The position numbers and the translations under genes were made by a program. Positions 38,007 through 57,418 of a stretch of 64,000 bases of DNA are shown here, in pieces (the first letter of the stretch is position 1; each line of letters begins with the position of its first letter). This DNA comes from Trichoplax sp. H2 (Eukaryota): NCBI GenBank assembly GCA_003344405.1, contig NOWV01000021.1, forward strand, positions 682,001 through 746,000, given 5' to 3'. Below the pieces are notes generated by a model. The model saw only the letters and a list, made by a program, of their open reading frames with translations, had not been told where the DNA came from and did not search any database.

Positions 38007-39108
38007 CTATGATTTGGTCCAGCAGAATCCGAACTTGTTAAACAAATTGGTTTTAAATTTTTAGTCAGTGTGTTTATTGGTACTTTATTACCATTTATGA
38101 TATTATCAATTTGTAATAGCTAGATGAGAATGAATAAACTACTTATAATAATGCTTTTGCTGCACCGCGCTCTTTGTCTATAGCTTGATACTAGTGGTGG
38201 TAAAATTTCTCGTAATCGCTGCTTATGTCACATTACATTGTGCATTATACAAAGTCTCGTGAAATCTTTAAATGAATCCAGGACACCAATACGTATAACA
38301 AGTGATAGCAATGAATATTCTTCATGCTGCATCATAACTAAAGTATTTTAAATTAATTTCCGGCTTATATCTCGGGTATATAAACGAGATATATCATTAT
38401 ATACATATAAGTTTTAGGCTGCCATCCGGTAAATGATATAAGGAATGGTGTCGCTATCAATTTATACCTTTGAATGTAATTTGTTACAATAGTGACCGAA
38501 TGGCAGGATAGATTCGATGTAATTATAGGTAAACGCTTTATTTTATCATTTTAGGTTAAACATAAAAATACTAATTCTTTAAAATATACAGGGTAATCAA
38601 ATATTTAATTTTTAAACAGATCATATATAGGATCTAATCCACAAATGATTGAGATGATTTCAAAGTATATAATAATGATAAAAAATAATGTCATTTCTGG
38701 GAAATTAACTTTAAGGCCATTGGGAATAATTTAAGTTAATATTTTCATAAATTCGGCCCTGTGTCAGGTTCAAATCAATATGATTAATGAATAATGGTGA
38801 ACAGAAGCAAAGGCTTAGAATCATAGAATAAATATGAAAATAATACTAATACAAATTGACAGTATCCATGATCTATAAGATAACTTTTATAAGCCTTCTC
38901 GTTAATTCTATAACTGGCCTTGCTTCAAGCCGTGGCAATCTTCAATCGTTAGCAAAGTAATTATATAGTAACTGACAATATGATTAAAACGAAATATACA
39001 CGCCCGTCAATAATTTGCGTAAGAACATCAGGAATGCTATTCAGGAATTTCTTCATTGATTTGGAGTACAAACAGTAGACCGAGGCATCCACTTTTGTCC
39101 ATCATAGA

Positions 39109-42100
39109 CTACATCTTTGCTAGAATATCTAAACAATTTTCACAACAATAAATTTGCGCTTGATCTACGATTTTACTATATATAGTATCAGTTCTAACTT
39201 ATATTGTAATCATACGACTATGTAATTCATAATTTTTTTACCATGATATATGTATTCTGTTAATAGCTGAGGTACTTGCTCATTGTTGTCGCATATGCCT
39301 TCCATAACTAAGTCATTGTGGGGTAAAGAAGAACTCATCACATTAACATACGTAGGTTCATTGTTGAGGAGATTAATTCGATTTTAAAAAACACAAACCC
39401 GAAAAATCAATCAAAGACATAGCAAGACAAAATGTCTTAACATACTAGCAAGAATCTTTAGTATTGATGAAAGAGGCAATATCTTTCCATCTTCTGGCTC
39501 ACAATACGGGATGGTTAGAGTTAAAAACTGTAGGCGCATAGGAACAATACATGTGATTTATTAAAGGGGAATTTATTTTTTTTCCATTTTAGAACAATAA
39601 ATGATAAATCATTTTTAAAAATAATACTTTACCACATTAGATTTATCACTGGATGTCTTGGTCGATTTTTTCTTGCTATTTCGAGTAAATTCACGTCTAT
39701 CTTCTAATTGTCTTAGCATAGCAATAAAACGTTGCCGTACCAATATTTGATTGGTGTATTCTTCACGTAACCTTAATTGGTCAATTAGTTCACTAGAGAT
39801 TGCTTCATTATATTCGGTATATTCTTCCTTTATTTGAAGTAATTCATTCATTTGGCAATTGGATAGAGCTAAGGCTGAGAAAAATAAAAGCGCACAATAT
39901 TAAAGAGTTGTAAAAGTTAAATGACTATTCAAGTATTCAGATTTTGCACATGAATATTAATATACATGTAGGACATGTAGTGTTTAATTAATGTGTCTTT
40001 TCCTTAATATCATACCCATATTCTTATCATCTCCCTGGAAAAAATCTAATAAGCTATAATCATCCTTCGTGGATTCATCAGCAGAAATAGATTCGGTCGA
40101 GTCATCTTCATCATGTCTACCATCGTCCTCAGATATCATTAGATGATACATACCAAAGATATCGCAGGTGTAATTTCTTATCGGACTTGAATTTGACCTA
40201 GTTGCTTTTAATATCTTTCCAATAAAGACAACAACACGTTCATTATCGAGTGTATATTCATAGAATAAGAAACTGTGAATCAGTAGATATTATCATTTTC
40301 TTTCGCACTACTTTACATCGTCGCTATTTAAATACTATGAGAAATTCCACCCCGAAAATTTTATATATATTTTGATTATGGTTTAGACACCTATGCAATG
40401 CTAGAACCGAGTAATAACTAATTGCATGATCTAATTTATAATCATCTATTGCGTAAGTTGCGAATTTTTAATTTACAGCCGATCCAGCGCAGAGTGTACT
40501 GTATGTTGCTTTAATTTCTGAAGCAGTGCTAAATAGTATTATAAGATCATTAAGCATCCTTGATATCGAGTAAAAAGCTATAAGAGCAAATATATGAGTA
40601 TGAGTATGATTTACAGTATGTCTATAGTTTATCATTCTTTATTTCTGGATTGTAGAGATTTCCATAGCTACAGTAATTTAGCCTAATACCTAAGTAATCT
40701 ATAAAATCCGTAATTGTAAGAGTACATGAGATTTTAATCAGTCACTGCCAAAAACATCCTTTACCTTATCCATGTCTATGTCTAGTGTGGATAATGTGAT
40801 CATGCATGCTCTTGAATTTGGCCAGTTAAGTGGTTGATCGTAGTTGCGTAATCTTGTCTGCAATGAGTTCCACAGTCTACAATATTGATAAATTTATACT
40901 ATTTCATCAGCGCATAGGGATTCATTGAAAAGTAATATTTACGTTATCTTCGCCTAAAACCTAAGTAAACGATATCTAAAATGTATATCAATTTCATAAA
41001 TTAGCACAACAATTTCTCTTCTATTGTATAGTCAGTGATGCTATAATATCGAGAATGAATTTATTTTCAATAAAAGCAATGAAAGAGCAATATGATGTAG
41101 AATGTAGACCTTCATCTACTTCTAATACAAGATGACTGAAACAGCAGAAGGAATGTTGATATAGGTATTCTAATGGAGATTTGCTGTAAGATAATTTAAA
41201 GAGAATAGGGTGTAGTATGAAGTGATCGGTATAGAAGATCGTTAAAAATTTGGCTTAGGTAGATTTAATATAACGTATTTTTGGTCTTTAAATTTTACAA
41301 CGCATGTAGTTTTAGAAGTTGTTCTAATGTACCAGAATTTGCAAATTACAATTAATGATCTCAGATGTCTGGGTGATAGTTTGTTACTATGATGATGATA
41401 TAGTACAGTACTTTCCTTCGTATCATACAGTTATACTGGTTACTCAAAAAATATTTAGCAATTACTATTAATAATTATAATGACCTCTGTAGTGCCGTAC
41501 AGATACTATATCAATATTAATCATAAAAATTTCAGAGTATTGTGTTTAGAGATATGGTACAGCACTAAATTTTAACTCAAAAATCATGATTGTAAGGTAG
41601 GTTTTATTACCGGTCGTAATCAAATGTCCATCTAACCCATATCGAAGGGATATCAAGACTATTCAATTAAAATGATGAAAGCACGATCATTATCAGCTAG
41701 GAGAAAGGAGTTTACATTTTCATTTGAGCACAGGCTGACGAAGTGCAGTGTTCAAACCATGACGATTTGTACAATTCGTATGTTTTTATGGCTAGTTTAC
41801 GATTTCGTCCAAATTATCATGATTATTGATCGATCTAACTAAGTAAGCATCATTTTGATGATCTCTCACCTAGCCTAGCATGCAGGCATTTACTGGTGGT
41901 AGTACTGCATACCTTCATAAAGTGTAGTTGCCCATGAATACTGTATGCACATTCATACGCGTATATGAAACGATGAATATGATTATTCGGCAATGCCGCT
42001 ATCATTGCATATTGAAAACACGTACGTATATCACAGATATAACCATCAAGACAGTATAACAACAACGTTGATAACGACTTTCGTTGTGATTTTAATCATT

Positions 42101-42556
42101 TTCCGTTGTGTAAAAAATGACTCATAGTGGAATTACTTCTAAAATGGCTATTCAACTAAGGGGCAAAGTATTGATCGATTTTAATCTTTCTAATTAGTAC
42201 ATTCATTAATTAATAACAACATGATGACATACTGTACTATACCTATCCTTGCTGATGATATCTGATTCATAGGTTAATAAGCGTAATGGGTCTGCTAAGT
42301 AAATATCTTCCAGTTGAATTTTATTATAACACATGGAAATAGCGTCTTGAATAGACTGAAATGATTGTGTAAGATGACAACAGGTGAATTCCAATGCCAT
42401 TCCACGTATTTGATGATCGATATCAGCTACTGTAGTTGGCGGAGCTAATTCATCATTCGTATCCTTTACAAAATTACAATCGCCTTCTATCCATTGGATA
42501 TCGTCGAAAAAATGATCGTCTTCATTTTCTGCATTGGGTGATTTCGAGGAATCCAT
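39109..42556 (-). CDS. FEZ: Fasciculation and elongation protein zeta / UNC-76 family
   Basis: Exons ~42556-42243, 40878-40765, 40197-40016, 39875-39633, 39528-39446, 39308-39242, 39128-39109. Coiled coil ISSELIDQLRLREE, FLTLTIPY and DNNEQVPQLLTEYI match the FEZ C-terminus (YLTTVIPY...EDNEKVPTLLTDYI). The start codon is uncertain because of the adjacent gap. Confidence 0.8.
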
Positions 42557-42586
42557 ACCTTGAGTAGCCACAGTAGAGTGAATGGC

Positions 42587-42629
42587 GGGGGGGGGNNNNN
42601 NNNNNNNNNNNNNNNGGGGGGGGGGGGGG
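42587..42629. other. Poly-G tract interrupted by an assembly gap (N run)
   Basis: A G run, 20 N and a second G run are seen directly. Confidence 0.9.
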
Positions 42630-44942
42630 AAGGAGGGAGCTATAGGATTCGCTATATCAAATCTACAATATCTTCGATGGCCTACAGCACCCAATTGAGG
42701 AAGCTACTGTTTGCATATTTTAAGTAATTCATATCACTGCACTATAGTGTACTGTACATTTAATCGTGTACAATGTCTGTCATGCTGTCTAGAAAACTGC
42801 GCAGGTATTCTACCATTTTGGACTCCATACGAGTTTTGACTAATACAGGAACTACTGTAGTCCAGTAGTATCTAATAGAGATAGAAGGAAACCTATGGTA
42901 GTACTATATTCGATTTTATTCTGTCTATGGGTAAAAGGCTAATGTCATGTTGAATCTATTTTGCATAATCAGACAGTATAATTTATCCATGTTAGTATAC
43001 TTAGTATTATATTGGCTTTGATTTGTATCGATAGACGTACGTGTAAAAGCATGCTTCAAAGCTGTGCAGAAACCTATGCAGGTATTCTGCCATTGACTAC
43101 GCCTGATGACTAGGGTTAACTAGTAGCATTGCGGTATTGACCTTCTGAGCTAATTCTATATACAAATTAAAACACCGAATTTATATCCAAACAACGGATA
43201 AAGTATAGGAAACATTTTTGCTGTAGTACAATACTCGTCGAATCAATTAATAGTAGATTGGCACTGTATTTTATTTGTTTGTTTACTGTATATATAGTAC
43301 AATCAGACACTCGTGTTTTGCGACTTCTTCCTTCATCACTCAGGTATTGTACCACTTCCTACGACTTTTGACCGATATATCTCGATAATATCAATATCGA
43401 GTAGTATAAAGGCTAACATCGTTTTAAATCTGCTTTATTTTACATTATTGCAAAGTGAAAAGTCCATGTTATACAGTATACCATGTATCGCGAGTGTGAG
43501 TTCGGCTAGTCAATCAATTGAAATTGAATTTAATCGAGCTAACGCTAGGGGGAGGGTGAGAATAATTCAATAAAGTTACTAATTTTAGTATGTACAGTTA
43601 GTAAGAAGGAAATGAAGCCAGGTACAGCAGTCAAACAGCTCCTGTAGATGGACCTAGTACAGTACTGACAATATATCGAATAGTCCATGATAGGTTGCAA
43701 GAATCTTCTTCAACTCGACATCGCTGAAACAGCTCTGTACGCGTATTGCATATTAGGCTGAATGTTTCAGCGACGTTTGGTTGACAATTTTTACAAGCTA
43801 GAGATGGCCTACTGTACAGTGGAAAGAGAGAAGGACGACATAGTGACCGTTCAGTGGAAAATAATGACGAGCTTCTCATTTTTCTAGCCATGCTACCACT
43901 GAAACTATACTATACTGTATACTGTAAGACCAGGGAACTTCTCCAATTTTTTTTATCCGTTAAAATGATCAGCAAAATAGTCAGCCCCTCATTTTACTAT
44001 ATTGAATGACTGTTCCTGTTTTCTCTTTCTTAGTACTGTACAGTCATGGACTACTAGAAGAAGATCTAGACCCGATCACTCTTGGGCGGACAGACATTTC
44101 TTGCCTTATTTCGTCAAAATATTTCGTTATGACTGTACTGTACTTTAGCATAGAGACGGTCGATTTGGGATAGAATGATTTTTTTTTAACTGTAAATTAA
44201 GTCATCTTGCGTTGAATCTGTTACTAAGTTCCGCTTGGAAACAGTTACATAGGATCGTCGATGTTATTGAAATTAGTACCAATGACTTCGAAAATAGACA
44301 GGGAAGATCCACGCTAAATAATGTTGCCATTTATCGATATTTACAGCCTCATTGGGTAAGGAAAGTCTGTCCGTCTGAGCGAACGATCAGTTCAGGTCTT
44401 CTTCCAGGGTACAGTAACTCGCCACAAAGGTCAGAATTCGCAACAATACATATTCGCGCCAAATTGAACATCATGTGATCAAATCTCATCAATCAGGACA
44501 TTTCGCGCCAAGTTAGCGCGATTGTGCAGGCTTTTTTTCAAACTATGATGGCTAGCACCACCATAGGTGATATAGATTCGTTTAAAGTTGACTATTGAAC
44601 GTGTAGTTAAGGTCATTTTAAAGTCATGAATTAACATCTCAAAAGGATTGCATTCTACTCCGATCGAAGTAAAGGTGTTATTGAAACGTGATTTTGCTAC
44701 TAGGTAGTCTTGCAAAAGGAGTTTCAAATCGAGATTTCATCATCGGTGATTTTATACAACGTCAATTGTGGAAAGGTGCTTACGTGAGGTATAACTAACA
44801 GCTGCTATCAAAGCATTGGCAATTACATTATTGAAGAGTAGACGAAAAGTAAGATTGCAATCAATAATTCATAGTTTAGCTACCTGGCTGACGTAACAAG
44901 TGTCTTTTTACAGGTTAAACGTTTCTTGATCGATACAGTAGC

Positions 44943-49843
<4,901 letters not shown>

Positions 49844-50776
49844 CCTTACCACTTTTTACGTGATACTCAGAACTAGTATTAATGTAAGGAGTTGATGCAG
49901 TCGTATATATAAAAGCTACTGTAGAAGTACGGTAGTATAACTTCGATCAGAGGCCATGTTCGTTTATTTCATTTATATGAGTGTAAGGAATTAATGTATT
50001 ATTAGCAATGAACAGACGCCAAACCTGGTTTACCTTTGATGGTCATACGCTAGTAATGTAAACCGTAAATTGCATGTTATCGTAACCTCAACAATACTAT
50101 CTAAGACAATGTTATTCATTTTCTTTTATTGCGATTTTACTTTCCGTATATTTGGTAATTAAAATATGTGAAAAATGGTAATTGTATTCAGCGGTTTGAT
50201 CATAACAAATAATTTTAGTATTACCAACTGTGAAAAATTTAAAGAATTTTTTATCAACGTTATAAAAATACTGTACACACCAATTACTCGACACAGTGTG
50301 AAAGTATTAACGTTTTTTCATTGTTGTAATGGAGCCATTATTCAAGTTAAATGCATATAGGATTCAAATAAAGTTTCTTATCTTACTGACTTAATCATCT
50401 GACTTGACGCATTGAGCTAAATACCAAATTAATTTTACGTTGAGCACTAATTTAATATAATAATATTTATATTATAATAATTAACCAAAGAATATTTTTG
50501 AATGATGAAATACATGAATCATCAGTAGCCAGAGCTAAAATTTTCGGCTTCTGTGAACACGAAATCCATGGGCTAAGTGAGTTACATATTGCAAAACTAG
50601 CACATTTATTAAGATGACTCATATTGCCGCTTCAATTGATGATATTTTAACCTAATTTTACGTTACATGAAAGTCAAATCAACTCCTTTTGCTCGATATG
50701 GAACAAAATATAAAACTGATCGAGAATGAGCTATAAATAGCTTGCGTAAATAATTTTAATTAATTAATATCCAAGT

Positions 50777-53700
50777 TTAAAGTCTTGTCGAATTGACAGC
50801 TGTAAAGAAAAATATTCAGAAAGTGAGTCAAAATTACTAATTATCAGATAACCTTCGCCGTGTAGAAACTACGAAGTCTCACCTTGCAGTACTTCTGCTT
50901 TCGCATTATCAATATATCTTCCAACAGCATCCATAATATCTTCTTTCATTTTATCAAAAATTGCTTCAACCGCACTGGCAGATAGATTTGACGGGGCAGC
51001 TGATTGCCTATATAAGTAAGTCTGTATTAGATTTCGAAGCTGTTAGAAGTAGCGATGGTCATTAATTATACGCATTATGTCCATACTGATTAAGATTAGT
51101 GGGTTGGACTGCAGAAGTATTATTCATTACAGGTCCGTTCTTCGGCACTAAAGAATTGAATTTCAAATTATCATTTTCCTTTTAGAATTGCAATAGTTGT
51201 AGATATAGTAAGAGAGATAACTGAATTACCAGAAGAAGAATTTGACTTAGATTGAGAAACAGTAACAGTTTTTTCCGGTTCCTAAATACAATTGATTTAA
51301 TAAAAGACTGAAATATTCGTATATTTTTACAAGTTTAAAAGTCAAATGTATATGTATAAAAATAAAAAGCGAAAGTTTAATTGTAAAATCACTTTCAGCT
51401 AACCTCGGATTTATTGCTACTTGCGAATCTATAAATTATCAATATAAAAGAAATGAATTATTCAATGATCCTATAATTATAGAATATGGACAGTTTTGAT
51501 TGCCTGAATTGCATACCGTTCAGCCAATTTCCTATGCATTTCTGACATAATAGAACCTCCACCACTACCACTACTTGTCGCAGGAGCATTGTTTTGTTTT
51601 TTTTCCTTAAAATAGAATAAGAAAAGCTAAAGAAATGTGACTTTATTGTTTCGTAACAAAAAATGTAATACCTTGGTGGCTACTGATCTTAGTTTTACGG
51701 AAGACAGGCCGCTTAGTAATCCACCTTTACTAGGTAAGTTAGCGTTCGAATTAGCTGTTGGAGCAGGTGGTGGAGGTGGTGGTGGTGGTTGTGAACCACC
51801 AGTAGGTGGGGCCACACTTCGTAGAGAGTGACTACCAGCCATTAAGGACGTAGGTGTTGGCGCCGGTGGAGGTGGAGGAGGCCCTGAAGTAGTTATCGAT
51901 GTAGGCATTGGAGTTGGAGCTGGTGGTGGAGCGGGTGCTGGTGGTGGAGCTGGTGCTGGCGGTGGAGCAGGCGCTGCTGGTGGAGCGGGCGCTGGTGGTG
52001 GAGCGGGCGCTGGTGGTGGAGCGGCTGCTACTGGCGTAGGCATAACCTTCGACACATTTGAAGTTGGTGCTGATATAACCTGATGACTATTACTAACGTT
52101 TCCAACATTCACGCTTCGCGGTGCATCAAATGCAGCATGTTTTTGATCAAGACCAGGAGTTGACGGAGCTGATCCTCCAATTATAGTAGAAGAAGGCCGA
52201 TTCATGTTGGAAAGGGGTGGACGTGATGGCTCGCCTGTGTATCAAAGTACCGAAAAAATTATCAAGACAGTAAGTACTCCTCTATGAACAAAGTATATAT
52301 ATATACACTGACTAATGGTTACATAAAATGGATTAGCATTATTGAATTTCTAATTTTTGTCTGATACAACGTAACAACTTACCTGAATTTTCAGTAAGGC
52401 CAACCGGTGGTCGAAAACTCTGAAAAATAAAATTACACAACTTACTTTTAATTCGTATCTCGATTACCTAATCATAACAGATATTGGTAACAACCCTCAT
52501 CTGAAAAATTTTCTAATTGATAGCAAGTGTTGTATCTTTAAAAGCCAAATTACACGTGACAATATTCAGCGCAGGTTACTTAACAGATCGTTATTAATTT
52601 TAGTGTAAAGTACCGTGTATAATTGGGGTTACTCATTTATATCAATAAATCTTTACAATATCTCAGCGTGTTTATTGTCTATCAAAGTACTTGTATTGCA
52701 TACAAGTTGATATAACAGCATCAATCGATATCATTTCTATCTCAAATTAGCATACCCTTGGTAAAGTTTGATTTTTCTTGTTAACTCCCATAGCGATCGA
52801 TGATTGTGCCGCTAATATGAAATGAAATGATTAGTTAAATTGAATCAAGTTATACAGTATAGCCAATTGGTGATATTTACGTATCTACCAGTAATACTAT
52901 AATCATTGATGACGTATGAAATCAGTAACAGTAGCAAAGGACGAAAAGCGTAAATTAAGACGAATTTGACAATATAGTCTTATTACATCATTGAATAAAT
53001 GCATCAGCAGAATTTCAATTAAATAATAAATGTATCTTTAGTTAAAGCCGTCAATCTTAGCCTAAATAGGAGCTAATATAAATTTGATTGATGCACACAC
53101 GTATAATATCATGATACCATCCAAGTGCAAAGAGTAAAAGAGCAATAGGTAAACTAATTACTGAATTATCTTGGTTGATTATGAAATTGTTAAAAAGGAA
53201 TAGTGGTGCCATTGACAATTCAATTGCGAATATTAACTGTCTCTACTAGAGATGAGTATACGTGCCTTGAAGCAGAACTAGTGTACGAAAATAAAATTAA
53301 CTCAACGTGTATGTTATTCAAGGTATCAACACTAGCTATGTCAACGGTTCAAAATTCTATGTGATAGAATGTAGGTGAAACCTCTCTCGTATACAGGCAC
53401 AAAATAATAGAAGTTTGATGCATATCAAAAGTATATACTATTGATAAATTTTTAAATAATTCACTTGTTGGACTCAGTCCTCAATTAAGTAACTACAGTT
53501 AATACTTGAAATACAAAAGAATCCTTCATATTGAAATGAGTATCAAATACTGTATAACACATATAAAAGACGAAAGGTTTCCATCTACTGTACTGTACAT
53601 ATTTACGATGCTAAGCTAATAATAACTATATAATCATGAATGACATGATGTCAATGGTCCATAATAGTAAGCAACTAGCATTAACTGAAAAAATAAAGAT

Positions 53701-56082
53701 ATTCTTACCAGCAACTAAACCGTCTAATGCTTCCTTGATGACCTGATAGAATTTATTAGCTTCGTCCTGACTGGCAAAATTAAAACCGAAAAATTGACGT
53801 TGATCACGCCATTGATGGAACGAAGCTGCCGCTTGAGTATATTTAAGCTTATGATGTAAGCAAGCATTGATTGTTACCTAAGAATCAGCAGCAATTAATG
53901 AGTAAATTAATATTGTAATTTACCCTATTGATCAAGTATACATTATAGGCTGTAGTAAATACTGTATAAATCACTTTGCTATCACAATATAATGGAAAAT
54001 TTCAATGCCATCGATAGTACAGGGATAATCTAACTATAAATTTTTAAAAAATTTTATTCGTAGCTGATTATAATGCCAATTATAATTAATTAGGAATACT
54101 ACTTATCAAAATACTTGCATTGTAATAAGGCTGAATGTAAGATTTGCTCCCTAGATTTACTATAATATCAACTAATAACCTTTCTATTCTACTTTTAAAA
54201 ATAACGTACACATTATACTACTTCTACAAGCTCAAGTAAAAGGTGAGGAGATACTATGTTAGACAAAGATTATTGTTTTATCTTAAGTTGAAAGATCATA
54301 CTCCTGAATCGTTCTGTCTTCTACCCACGACACGATACATGTTTGTTTGCGCATTATGTAAAACGTATAATTTTGATACTCCATCTTTACCATCGACAGG
54401 AACCCAAGTCTTTTGAGAATAATCGTAGGACATTACAACGGCTTGCGCCTTATATAGAGATTGTTCGCCGTGAGCGCTAGAAAGACATACAAGTACATAC
54501 GTAGTGGATCAGTTATTGATGAGGAAGAAATTTTTATAATCATCCAATTTTTCAGTGTCATCGTATGATTATACAGAAATGCTATTACAAAATAGGATAA
54601 AAAATTCGGGAAAGCAACAAGGATCAGATACAAAATATAGCAATATTATGATATATCATCATCATAAAGCTCCCATTTTTATGACTTTTGCAAACATTAG
54701 CATAAGTCATACTGTAAACACTATACGGGACTCCATCATTTCTTTAGAATAATAAACAAATGCCTTATTTAATCCACGTAAGGTATAAAAATGTAGGATC
54801 GATTCTTGACTAGTCTATAACTTTATTAGCTGCATATTACATTACGATTCCATTAGAATTTCAGAACAATTATAACAGTCGAGATTGTAGCAACAATAGA
54901 GATTAGCAAGATGATGCCTTAATATCGCGTTATTGTTCTGCCATCTGGTTAATAACAGCGATGAGTTTATACGCGTCCACTCTGGTAATACCGTAATTCA
55001 TCTATTGAAATAATAGCAGAAGGGTATCGTTATCAGCTAAATCCAAAAGGTTGATCGCTGTTGTAAACTTTTTAAAATGTCTTCTCTTGGCAACGAATGA
55101 TTTCTTGTAGATTAAAGTGGCGGCTATACGACAGTTTAAAATTGAATTTTTATATTTGTGCACTATATGGACGTTGGATATGTAAATTATAATTATAGTA
55201 GCTAGCTTTGGTACTTTACTGATCGTACGTGCCAAGGTAAATGTACTTTCCAGTAGACTATGAAAAGTTATTTAGTGTGTAGTCCATTAAAAGTCGATTG
55301 TTATTGAGCTTGAAAGCCGCGGGTATATCATTTACTACAAAACAAACTTCCTGACAATAGAGTTTATCGTATTGATCAAAGGAAAAAGTAATCTTGAGAT
55401 TTACCCAAGTTGTGTCGTCTTGGAGATACGTGGATAACGCTAGCTTAAAGCTATTTCCATTGCAAATGGTACCGCCAAGGTAGAGAATGCTACCATTGTG
55501 TACAGTAGACGTATTTTGGAAGGTTTCTATGCAGGTTTAACTGGATGCTTTGATACATGACTCAACAAGTTCAATCAGTAATGCACGTTGCCTTATTTCG
55601 AACTCGAGGGAATCGATAAATGAATTAATTAATTTGCGATCTGAATGAACTCAAAGCAAAAACGAATGGGGGATTCACTAGCCTTAATACGATAATTACA
55701 TGAAAGATTATCGATTACTAGCTTGGAAAATCTCCTAGCTAGAATGAGTGATATTAACACTACTCCAAGAATTCGTATTATCGATTTATAGTGATGGCTA
55801 ACGATAAAATCGTTGGCGACATTTCAAAGTGCGTGGATAATCTGGCGTCAATTCAACAAGTTAACATTTGTGTAGGGACATGCAAGGCAACGTATTGCAA
55901 TAGGCTTGTGTATGAAGATGGGTGTAAGCATGGCACAGTATATACTGGCGTGTTAATGCTATTTGGAGTATCATTGCATTGTACAAGTATAATGAAAGCA
56001 GCGAAATGCGATCCATTTTCATACAGTATTGCATTTCAAGTTGGCTCTAATTACACCATTGGAGACGTTCAACTTACCTCAT
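50777..56082 (-). CDS. Ena/VASP family actin regulator (EVH1, proline-rich region, EVH2)
   Basis: Micro first exon ATGAG|gtaagt at 56082-56078. EVH1 EQSLYKAQAVVMSYDYSQKTWVP...YRVVGR...FHQWRDQRQFFGFNFAS; poly-Pro exon ~52234-51672; G-actin-binding SVKLRSV; F-actin-binding SIMSEMHRKLAERFASS; tetramerisation helix FDKMKEDIMDAV. Confidence 0.93.
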
Positions 56083-57170
56083 TGCAAGTTAGGATGTTCA
56101 AAATGGAATATAAGCTGTAAAAATATGAGAAACTATTCCAACGTTGACGAATGCTTGCTATGAAGAATCGCCGATCTTGATATGTTGAAGATTGGTGTCC
56201 AAGCTACGTTTCCAACGCGGTCAATAAAAAGCACTACAAGCTAATTTTAATATTGGACAAAATAGTCAAAAACTTGATTGCTGGTACTAGGTAATGCAGT
56301 AAAGTAGAGGCAGAGTAGTGGTGAAGTGGATAGAATTGCAAACTATCTTTAAGACTGTGAGGAATGATTTCAAGTGTGGTGTTGCTTATAAATACAGTAA
56401 TATTAATAATTGCTGGTAGACGTTCTACGTTGACAAATGTCAGTTCATTTGAAAACTACCATCTAATGATAGGATTGATTCCTTTAGAAATACTACTACT
56501 GACAGTAAATTACTCTTCAAGCCAAAGACGCTAAGCAGTACTGGAGTCAGGTCGAAATAAATCCCTAGACGGTAATATTGACTAACGTCAGCTTGATAGT
56601 AATTTCAATATTTGCCCAAAAGTTTTGCCTTCCAATTTCTACTTTCCTACCATGTAAATAGGACTTGTATGATGGAAGCGCAACGTACGGTACACTGAGT
56701 CTAGTGCTGTACGTATCCGTTTCGCCACGGGACTTTCATCGGACGTACAGTATGGCAGGACATCGATCTATTTTGTATACTGTACACTCTACGGTGTACA
56801 GTACTGTCAATGTTAGTAAGGGTTGTGCAGTACTGTACGCGGTATCGTACTGACTAGAGCATTCCTAGCCAAAAATGAGCTATTTTTCTATACAGTAGTC
56901 TATCAAACTTGGGCTTGATTAACCGTGAAGAAGTTCCACGGTAAAGCAGGATATGCCGGCGACGACTCAATAATTGCGGAATGATCAAGTAGTCCATGAA
57001 ACATGATTGAGTTAATGGTACAGTATCTCTATGCCAAGTAGATGGATCTTTTTTTTCAGACAAAACGAGTACTGTAGTAAGTAGTAGCTACTGAGTTGCT
57101 TCTACAGAGTACAGTACTGTACTGTACTTCGCGTGCCAACTGAAGTCTTTTGACTCATCGTTCGTGACAA

Positions 57171-57418
57171 TTTTGCCCAACTGTCCAAGGACAGCACGAC
57201 AGTCAACGCCGGTGTCCTTAATAAAAAATCAACCCGAAACACGATTTGAACCCGACTAGAGGGAGGCTTTCAGGTTCAATAATTCTGTGCTGATACAGTG
57301 TTTGTATAGCGATTGCACTCATTTCGGGTTGGAAAATCAGCCATTGGATCAGGTTTCATCGAGTTCGGGTTGCGTTTTTACCGCATGGAGGGGCAAAAAG
57401 ATTGGGCAAGATTTGCCC
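57171..57418. mobile_element. Possible MITE or DNA-transposon remnant with inverted sub-terminal motifs
   Basis: ttttgccc(aa) at 57171 versus gggcaaaa/ttgggcaa at ~57392-57409; aacccga at 57231 and 57249 versus tcgggtt at ~57324 and ~57365. No target-site duplication identified. Confidence 0.3.
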
